From the NCBI GenBank assembly GCA_043228905.1, contig JBHGNT010000011.1, positions 8,494,001 to 8,558,000 of the forward strand: 64,000 nucleotides of DNA, given 5' to 3'. Of the stretch, positions 54,413-64,000 are shown one piece after another. Every line of letters starts with the position of its first letter. Position 1 is the first letter of the stretch. This stretch comes from Azolla caroliniana. Lineage: Eukaryota; Plantae; Polypodiophyta. The notes below the pieces were generated by a model that had not been told where the DNA came from, did no database searches, and was given only the letters and a program-made list of their open reading frames with translations. The position numbers and the translations under genes are program-made.

Positions 54413-57135
54413 ATGATGAAACATAGAGCAAACTCTATGTCGGCCTCAACCTCAACTACTGCCCTCAATCCGGAAGACGTATGGTTTTTGACTCCGGAGC
54501 CTCAAACCATATGACATCTCATAAAGAATGGTTTCACGAACTTCGAGAGCCGGAGCGACCCGGTTATGTCGAAACCGGAGATGACAGTACACACCCGATT
54601 CGGCACATTGGCAATGTTTTGTTCGGCGAAAGAGGTAAGCAAACATACATTAAAAATGTCTTGCATGTTCCCACCATCACGAAGAATTTGGTCTCGATCA
54701 GCCAAATGGTTGAGCAAGGGATGCAAGTACGATTCGACCAAGAAGGGTGCTTCATCGAAAAAGAGGGTTGAATCATCGCGCACGGAAGAAGAGAGGACCA
54801 GATGTTCATTCTCGATTCACACGAGATGAAATCCGCCATGTTCGCAAAAAGCACGAAAGCCGACTCCGACATAGAGCTATGGCACAAGTGAATAAGCCAC
54901 ATCAATCTCAACAAACTCAAAGCAATGAAATCGAAAGGAGTCGTCATCGGACTCTCGACATTCAAAGAGAAGGAGATTGAAGGTGTATGCGAAGCGTGCC
55001 AATTCGGCAAGCAACACCGACACCCATTTCCGAAAGAGCGGAACGTGAGCAAAGGTCTACTCGACGTAGTCTATTCTGACGTATGGGGACTGACGCAAAC
55101 GGCTACATTCGGCGGATGCTGATATTACGTGCTCTTCATCGACGACTTCTCCAGGCACACTTGGATCTACCCGATGTGGCAAAAGAGCGCAGTGTTCAGA
55201 CACTTCCAAAAATTCAAGAACGAAGTCAAGAAAGCCACGGGCCGACCTATACGATGCCTTCGATCTGATGGCGGTAAGGAGTACTTCTCGGACGATTTCA
55301 CGGTGTATCTCTCAAAGGAAGGAATTTGGCGAGAATTCACTTGCCGACACACTCCACAACAAAACGGAGTAGCCGTGCGCAAAAATCGGCACATCCTCGA
55401 AGTAGTGCTGGCCATGATGAACGAGAAGCATATGCCCAAGTCTTATTAGGCCGAAGCTGCAAATATGGCCGTCTACCTAATGAACCGGTGCACAACATCC
55501 GGCGTGCACAAGGTCATTCCACACGAAAAATACTTCGGAAAGAGGCCGAACTTATCGCACATCCGGATATTCGGTGCGATAGCGTACGTGCACATCCCCG
55601 ACGAGAAGCGTCAAAAGCTTGAGCCGAAGTCAGAGAAATGTATCCTCGTAGGATACTCATTGGACCAAAAGGGGTACAAGTGCTACAACCCCTCAACTCG
55701 AAAATCTCGAGTAAGTCGAGACGTCATGTTTGACGAGTCTGCATCCTGGTACGCACCAGAGACAACTTCGACTCCGACTCTGCTCGACCCGAAATCCGCC
55801 GAACAAGAGATAGAGGATGAAGATAACCTTACACGCATGTTCGAAGAAAGTTCGATCACGACCCGACTAAGCGGACCACAAGAGCCTTCGAGTGATCAAA
55901 GCACATCACAGCCTAGCTCGAAGATGGACAAAGGCAAGGCGAAAATGGCGGAATACGAAGACGATCACTTCGACGACGATGAGTCGACTCACTCACTCGA
56001 CAGTGAGTTCGGCGGCTTCGATGTACCAATCAGAGCTAAGAAAGCCCTCATCTCTGCAAATGAGAAGCTCCCTCGCTCCACCTGTGAAAAGAATCCGGTC
56101 AGCCGATTCGGTTACAACGACTACATGGCATGTCACTATGCCTTTATGATGAAGATGGCGACAGTACGCGAGCCGGAAACATTTTCCGAAGCAGCCAAGG
56201 ATCCGTGATGGATCAACGCCATGAACGAGGAGATGCAAGCACTACGCAAGAACGAGACGTGGGATCTCGTTCCCACCTCACCACACAAAAAGGCGATCGG
56301 ATACAGATGGATTTACAAAGTGAAGTACAACGTTGACGGTTCCGTCAACCGCTACAAAGCGCGACTCGTAGCAAAAGGCTACGCACAAATGCACGGAGTT
56401 GACTACGAGGAGACCTTTGCCCCGGTGGCAAAGATGACGATGGTACGAACCATAATTGCGCTTGCCGTGGTGAAAGGGTGGAACCTCCATCAAATGGACA
56501 TCAAGAACGCCTTTCTACAAGGCGAATTAGAAGAGGAGGTGTTCATGATACAACCACCCGGTTTCAACTCGAGCACCCATCCGAAAGTTGTATGCCAACT
56601 CAAGAAGCCACTCTACGGCCTCAACCAAGGACTGTGTGCTTGGCATTCGAAGATAATGCACTATCTTCATCACATCGGCTTCCGTATGTCAAAATCGGAC
56701 AACTCCCTCTACATACAAAGCGATTCCGCAAGTCCGATCATCATCATCTTATATGTGGATGACCTAATCATTGGAGATGAGCATCTCGTGGAAATCAATA
56801 AGGTCAAAACCCTCCTTTCCGACAAGTTCGAGATGACAGACATGAAGGAGCTCCACTACTTCCTCGGCATCGAGGTAATTCGGACTCTGGCCGGAATCAT
56901 GATCACTCAATGGCACTACATCCTCAACTTGTTATACAAGTTCGATATGGCTAAGTGCAAATCCGCGGCAACCCAACTCGATCGCAATCTCAAACTCGAT
57001 GCGAACTCCAGCACCAAAGCATGTGAGCAGACCCAGTATCTGCAACTCATCGGGAGTCTAATCTACCTCACGATCACACGACCTGATCTCAGTTATCCGG
57101 TTGGTCTCCTTGGCCAATTCATGCAAACACCACGT

Positions 57136-58196
57136 TGTCGTGAAGATTTTCGGCAATAGTGTGAAAATCCCATAAAACGTACAAAATCGAGTATAAATCA
57201 CATAATACAATAATTGTGAAGATAACATTTTAAATAAATTTAATATCTAAGTACAAAATGAAGGAGATTTCGAATGCACTTTATTACACGAGAAACGGAC
57301 AACTAAATGTTAAGATATGAGGGTATAAAGTTTGTGAAAGGAAAAGAAAAAATTGTGAGATATCCCACATAGGCACGACAAATACGGCTCTCATCATATA
57401 TAACGTGGAGCAAAAGATATTATCTTTGTGTCTATGTGTGGAGCATAGAGAGTTCAAGGTAACTTGAACTAAGAGTGGAGGTGGACTAGCTACTCATAAA
57501 GGGTTTTGGCCAACCAAAACCGGACCGGCGATGGAGCCGGTGATCCGGCGCCAGTGAGAGACCGGCATCTGATGACAATCCGGCGACGGCGAGGCGGCGA
57601 CATCCGGTAACAGTATCCGGCGACGACATCCGACAAACCAGCGACTAGATATATACATATATACATATACAAGGAGGGCAAGGAAGGATTCGAACCTTGC
57701 ACCTCCAAGTTAGGAATCAATTGGCTTACCATTAAGCCATGTTATTTAGTTGAAATTATATTTCTATCATTGTACTTTTACATGTAAATTCTCATACATA
57801 AGAGCTAAAATGAGTGACATGGTTATCATGCACCACATGTAATACATAAGCGCCAAATGGCAAACATGCAATTTATGCATGTCTTGTACCCTCACATGCA
57901 TCATATGCATGAGAGCATCTATAAAAGAAGGAAGGGGGAGGAGAAAAAACACGTTTTTTTTTATTATGAAATTAAGAAGAAGAAATTCGTTATCAAATTG
58001 ATGGTGTAACTTGTTTCTTAAATCTAAAGTTAAAAGTTCAATCAATCTCTCTCAATCGTTTAATCTTAACTTCTCTCTTTCCCAAACTATCTTAAGTACT
58101 TTCTCGCCAAAGCTTGTATCGACTTTGAATCCTTCCGATCCAGAACCCCGGCGGTTCCGCCTCACGATCCGCGCGTAGTGACGGATCTTCACGATA
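57136..58196 (+). mobile_element. Element M: solo LTR (1061 bp) of the TGTCGTGAAGA family
   Basis: Terminal inverted repeat TGTCGTGAAGAT/ATCTTCACGATA, 4-bp TSD ACGT (57132-57135, 58197-58200), TATAAAA at 57920; L frame resumes (QTPR|DTHLD). Confidence 0.85.
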
Positions 58197-59345
58197 ACGT
58201 GATACTCATTTAGATTGCGCTAAGCGAGTTCTACGATACGTGAGCGGCACAATGGATTGCGGCATCCTTTACAAGACTGCGATGCCAATACGACTCGAGG
58301 GGTACACAGACACCGATTGGGCCGGCTACAAAGCCGATAGAAGATCAACCTCCGGATTTGTTTTTTCCCTCGGCAACGGAGCAATATCCTGGAGCAACAA
58401 AAAGCAACCAATCGTTGCTCTTTCGAGCACGGAGGCGGAATACAGGGGCGCGGCAGTGGCCGCATGTGAAGCCGTATGGCAAAAGGATACTCAAGGATCT
58501 GGGCATACCCATCAAGGATCCGACTTCCCTTTATTGCGACAACATGAGCAGTATCTATCTGGCTCGGAACCCGGTGTTCCACGCGCGGACAAAGTATATC
58601 AAAGTGCACTATCACTTCATCCGAGAGCACGTTCTAGCTGGCGATGTTGAGCTACAACACATTAGCACCAATCTTCAAACGGCCGACATCTTCACTAAAG
58701 CCTAAGGAGCCGACAAGCTAGGGCAATTCATGACCGATCTCGGATTGACGATCCCTGACCTGCCAAGCTTGAGGGGGAGTACTGAAGACACTACGCAATA
58801 ACGCGTGGATTCCACAACCGTGCAAGACACTACGCAGTAACGCGTGGATTCCGCAATTGCGCAACAAAGCCGTGAAGAGCCAATCTACCGTGCAAAGCCG
58901 CGATGAAAGACGCAAGCCGAAGCACAGACTTCGCAACTACGCACAACGCAAGCTGGAGCACGTATTCTGCAACTCCGCATAAATGCGAGTCGAAGCGTAT
59001 TTCAGATACCGTCTGAAACCGACTCGACTTGAGCTTGAGGGGGCGTGTTGAGAATCAAGCTCAACATGGTTTAGTGTGTGAACTCACCTTGAGAGTGAAT
59101 AGACACTCCAACGGTCAAGAATCACCATTAAGTCACCACTTTGTATTCTAGCATTTATTATGAGTCATAGAATCATATTCTATGACACATAACTTATGAG
59201 CTTTCACATTCCCCATGCTCTATGAGTCTTGTAGTTAATGAAGAGAGAGGGTGACTATATAAAGCACCCTCCTCCCACCTTGTATTACGTTGAGTCTTTC
59301 TCCTTTGTTAATATAATCTACCTTGCGTATATTCTATGTCTTACT

Positions 59346-59348
<3 letters not shown>

Positions 59349-59402
<54 letters not shown>
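59349..59402. repeat. (TC)n microsatellite expanded in the L 3' LTR
   Basis: Accounts for the length difference between the L LTRs. Confidence 0.9.
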
Positions 59403-59405
<3 letters not shown>

Positions 59406-60329
59406 CACACACATAGTTCACATCTATTCCGCTACATAAGAATCATACCTGATTCTTTACAATCATATAATGGTCCTCGACGTTGTGTTGTCTCGATTTC
59501 CATATGGAGTGGGGCCTTCCATCAAACTTGGCTTTAACCCTAACCCTAACCCTAACAATAATAGATAGTCTAGTGCCCATATTAACTCCAACAATCATCA
59601 ACGTCCACCATGACGACAACAACAAAGAACCAGTAACATCCTCTACACCTGTAACACAACCACAAACGAGGTGATTCAATCCTATAACCTATTTACCCAC
59701 TATTTATTAATCCCTACACATACCATAATAGCTTTGAGCTTCCTCCACGACACCCAATCTACTCCCATAATGTATCCATTTTGGTGGCTTCCTCTATCCA
59801 ACCACATCCACCTATGACAATCAGTGCCCCTCCTTCTAGTAATCCGCATCGAAACCTGCATAAGCCACCGAATATACACTTTCAACAGCATTACAACTAC
59901 GGCTTCCCTCAACAACCCACATTTTTGCAAACACCACCGCCATCAACGCCATCGTCACCGTCGTCATTGTCGATGTTGCCGCCGCCACTGTCTATGCCCC
60001 TCCCACAACATACACCGCCTATGGCACATAGTAATCCCCCCCCCCCCCTACACATACCCCATTATATACATGAGTATGGATCTGCCTCTGACAACAATCT
60101 CATACCCAAATGTATATTCCCCACCCCCATTACTTCATAGGATGTTTTGTTTGGGACTGCATATGGTAGTAGACATGGGTGCTACCTCCTCTCCTTCCAT
60201 CTCCGCCTATTGTAACAGGGTTTCAAAACCCTAATTCCCATATCTTCCCCCCTCATAGTCAAACTCACACTCTCTCTAATCAGGCGCTCTCACAAACTAC
60301 CCCTCCCCCTCCAAAAATCAACTACATCA

Positions 60330-63300
60330 CGGACCCATATCTTTCATTGAGAAAGACCTGCGCAAGGCCTTCTTCAATATCCCAATTTTGATGCGGTGTC
60401 GTCCGACAATCAGCATGTCGTCAACGTACAACATGAGTATTATGAAGTCTCCTTCGTCAAACTTCTTCACGAACACAAAATGGTCGGCCTACGTCTTGTG
60501 TATCCTTGGTCAGTCATGAAGGAATCGAACTTCCGGTACCATTATCAAGGGTCTTGCTTAATCCATATAAGCTCTTCTTCAACCGGCACACCAGGTTCTC
60601 CTTCCCTTTCTTGATGAATCCTTCCAACTATTGCATGTAGATCTCCTTCTCAAGGTCATCATGCAAGAATGCAGTCTTCACATCTAATTGTTTGACCTCG
60701 AGATCCATGCTTGTTGTTATGCTCAAAACCGTCCGGATAGATGTCATCTTCATTATCGGGGCAAAGATCTCGTCGAAATCCACTCATTTCTTCTGTTGGA
60801 AGCCCTTCACCACAATGTGGGCTTTGTACTTTGGTGGATTTCCGGCGTCTCCCGATTTCAACTTGTATACCCACTTGTTTCGGAGCACCCTCTTTCCCTT
60901 CGGTAGGTCCATCAATTCGTATGTGTGGTTCTCATGCAAGGAGTCCATCTCGTCCTGCATGGCACTTAACCACTTGCAATTGTGGGTGTCCTTCTTTGCT
61001 TCTTTGAAGCTCTCTGGCTCCCCCTCGTCGGTCAGCAGTACATGCTCTTCAGCCAAAAATCTCTGGGGACCCTTCTCTCTTTGAGAGGATATCTTCTCTC
61101 CTTGGTCGACACAATCGGCTCCTCTTTGACTTCTTCTGTCAGTTCTTCATCCGAGTCGGAGTCGGCTCTATGTTCAGTTGACTGCCTTGTTCCCTGTTCG
61201 ACAGTCGACCTGACTCTCGGTTCGACTTCGACTATTGACCCGAATTCGGTAGACTCTCCAGGTTCTTCAGTCAGTTTTCAGCTTCCGATTGTTCGGGCGG
61301 ATGTGTTCTTCTCCAACTCCTCGTCGACAATTGTCATCTCCTCCATGAAGACTATGTCTTGGCTCCGAACAACATTCTTGTCGACTATGTCCCATAGTCG
61401 GTAGCCGAATTCTTCATCTTCATATCCAAGGAATATGCATAACCGAGTTTTCGGATCTTGTTTTCCTTGTTTGTCCTTTGCTATATACACATAGGCAAGA
61501 TAGTCGAACACCTTCAGATGCCTGTATGAAACGTCTTTGTTAGTCCACACTCTCTATGGTACATCTCCGTCCAAGGGTGCCAAGGGCGATCGATTTATCA
61601 CATACGTCGTTGTTATCAGCACCTCAACCCAGAACATCTTGGACAGCTTGGCATGTGCAAGCATACTTCAGACTCTCTCCATTACAGTTCAGTTCATTCT
61701 CTCAGCCAACCTGTTCAGCTCTAGCATCTTCGGCACGGTGTACTTGAGCCGGATTCCCTTCGACTGACAGTACTCCTCAAACTGCCCTCGGTATTCGTCT
61801 CCGTTTGTCCGCTCGAACTGCTTTCAATTTCCAGCCAGTTTCTCTTTCTACTCTCACCGGTTTCGACCAAGAAGAAGGACCAGGTACTCCTTGAAGACGG
61901 ATAGTACCTGGTCCTTCGTCTTCAGCGTGGAGAGCCACAACTTCTGGTTGTTGTCATCTATAAAAGTCATGAAGTACTGCGATTTGGCATGTGACTTCGT
62001 GCCCACGGAGCATACATCGGTATGCATGAGTTCAAACGGTGCGCTCCATCTCATCGGTGGTCTCGACTAGAAAGAGGTTTTGTTCTGTTTTTCGGGCAAG
62101 CAATCACTGCACTTCTCAAGTTGCACGTTTTTCACCTCCAAAATGAGGTTATCTTTGGCAAGTCTCTACATCCCCTATCTGGCTCATTTGACACAACCTC
62201 TTGTGCCACAACTCACCGACAATGTCGGCTGCCACATTTGCTTCCTCCCGACATATCCGAGCATGCATCAAATATAGCGTGTTGGTCTTCTTAGCATGGG
62301 CCACAATCAAGCTTCCTTGGCTGAATTTCATGACGTCATTCCAGATGCTACCCGTGTAGCCTTCATCATCCAGCCGATCAACTGATATCAGGTTCAGTCG
62401 AACCTCCGAAACGTGTTGGACATCTTTAAGTATCAGTCGACGTTACCAGGCACACATCTCTGATGCCAACAATTTGGCATGCACCTTCATTTCCCATCCT
62501 TACAAAGCCATGGTCTCTTGCCTTGTATGATGAGAAGCATTTCTGGTCAGGGGTCAGGTGGAACGATGCTCCCGAATTGACCACCCATGCCAATTCACCG
62601 CCAACAAAGTTCACTTCTTCTGCTCACTTATGAGCAACAACTCCTCCTCACTTGTCGTTATTGCCAACGTTCCCTTTCGGTTCAAACTCTTCTTCGAGTC
62701 GGCATTGTTAGCTCCCCCAATCATTTCAACCAACTAAACCTAGTTGTTAAAGCGAGACTGGCAAGTGGTTGGGGGCATGAATTCTTTGTTCCGCATAAAG
62801 AAATTCAAAGGACGGATCAAATGCTAGGAAACAAATCCTGATTTTGCTTGCTTGCTTGTGGGGAAATCACAAAGAAGTTCCGAGACGCGGGCGGCAAAAA
62901 CCCAGAGACCTTGCAAGCAACATTGCTCGCCCGTAGCAATGCTTGCCTTAGCCATTATCACCCACCAAATTACACTTTTCAAAGCTCGCTCTAGCCATTT
63001 CTCTACTGCTTTCCGGCATTGCCGAAAATGATTGAAATGAAAGGGTTTCAATTCTTCTAGAAGTGCCCCGACTTCCCATAGTAGAAGCACGTTGGCCTCC
63101 CCCTTGACTTCGACCTTGTCCCCGACTTCTCTCGGTTCAGGGGACTCCTGTTTTGACCTCTTCTTCTATGCATATCTCTTTCCATGACTATTGCACTTGG
63201 GTCGAAAATTGCCTCCTTGTCCTTTCGACGAGCCTCCTCATCCACAAGCTCGATTTTACTCTTGCCAGGGATATGTGCTTCCCTTCTGGTCTAGCATTGC

Positions 63301-64000
63301 TCAGTGTGACTACCAGTGTCTCTCAACTATCCAAAAGGGACCCGAGCAATAACAATGCCAATACCTCATCGGCTAGTGGTACTTTGAGTGAGGTGGTCTG
63401 GTTTATTAGTCCCTGCATTCATATGCTCTGCCATGTTGGCACCGTCTTGGTACATTCTTGTTCTCCAACATAATGTCGATCTTCTCCCAGAGTTCATGAG
63501 CCTTGTTCTCCTCATTAAAGTTATTGTATAGGCTCATGTCGATGAAGCATCTTATGTATGTCGTTGTCTTCATATGCATTACTTCCCAAGTCGTTCATCA
63601 ATCTTGTCCGGTCTTTTATCTCCAAACTATACCCACAACCGGTGATCCTTGACCACCAACATGTCCCTCATCTTCAAATTCCACATTGAGTAGTTGGAGC
63701 CAGTGAGCTTCAACATACATGCCTTTGATGCCTCCGAATGAATCTTCCATTTCACTTTGTTTTTGTTTGAAGTTTAGAACTTCGCTTTGATACCAGATTG
63801 AGAGGAATCGTTCTCAGCCACAACCGAGTTCCAAACGCACAATCGAAGAAACAGAATCGAATATAGAGATTGATGCACTTACACACAATAAGTTTTGCCC
63901 TAGTTATTCATACTCATATAATGTTTGGGCTATTTACAAGTATAGCCTCAACAGGCACATCTAAACATATTTACTAATATGTTCCTACTATTGGTTCACA
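60330..64000 (-). mobile_element. Element N: degenerate 3'-truncated Copia related to D (partial LTR from 63799, Met PBS 63784-63795, gag to RT)
   Basis: EHVLLTDEGEPESF, GDAGNPPKYKA, YVDDMLIVG, RSKSRGRPTCF parallel the D polyprotein; many lesions. Confidence 0.88.

Larger units (their letters stand above)
53432..58780 (+). pseudogene. Element L gag-pol with multiple stops and frameshifts
   Basis: EKLDRNNFASW, DSGASNHM, KLEPKSEKC, YVDD, GYTDTDWAG, HARTKYIKVHYHFIRE. Confidence 0.9.
52885..59461 (+). mobile_element. Element L: full-length degenerate Ty1/Copia related to C, interrupted by solo LTR M
   Basis: LTRs 52885-53272 and 59046-59461, TSD ATCAT (52880-52884, 59462-59466), PBS TGGTATCAGAGC 53273-53284, PPT GAGGGGG. 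Confidence 0.94.

Noticed and set aside
42445-57742. Annotating the four tRNA-like segments as tRNA genes
   Set aside because: Acceptor and anticodon stems do not pair; only the promoter boxes are retained
59537-59557. (TAACCC)3 telomere-like repeat of TTAGGG type
   Set aside because: Only about three units in low-complexity sequence; too short to indicate an interstitial telomere or the host taxon
59467-60329. Proline/histidine-rich short ORFs as a possible host gene
   Set aside because: No recognisable domain, start or splice structure; low complexity with broken frames
62720-63050. ~290-bp and ~23-bp insertions in element N gag
   Set aside because: No termini, TSD or coding signal identified; cannot classify

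Overview
The window contains no recognisable host genes. It is almost entirely a deeply nested cluster of LTR retrotransposons, probably from a non-seed land plant (inferred from Tcn1-like chromoviruses and a Trp-primed, fungal-like Gypsy lineage). Elements are labelled here for cross-reference. A minus-strand Athila-like Gypsy (K/H: 47380-50239, 27528-28750, 1-531) sits inside a Copia remnant (O). It hosts a tRNA-Trp-primed Gypsy (A, 532-27527), which contains a gag-only element with mismatched LTRs (B, 1671-7186) and a Copia (C, 10244-25863). C contains an intact Copia (D, 11373-21547) with five LTRs in a 1610-bp tandem array. K/H also hosts chromoviruses (F, G) and a young Athila-like element (E, 31200-41357) with an extra ~1000-aa ORF. 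To the right are chromovirus remnants (J), a Copia (L, 52885-59461) with a solo LTR (M) and a Copia remnant (N). The most notable observations are four. (1) E has no polypurine tract; in its place is a second, oppositely oriented, extended tRNA-Arg primer-binding site, suggesting that both cDNA strands are tRNA-primed. (2) Four LTRs from two lineages carry antisense tRNA-like Pol III A/B-box cassettes. (3) The D array looks like a re-integrated 1610-bp circle. (4) J shows a Tf1-type self-priming signature. tRNA identities and lineage names are from memory and need database confirmation.
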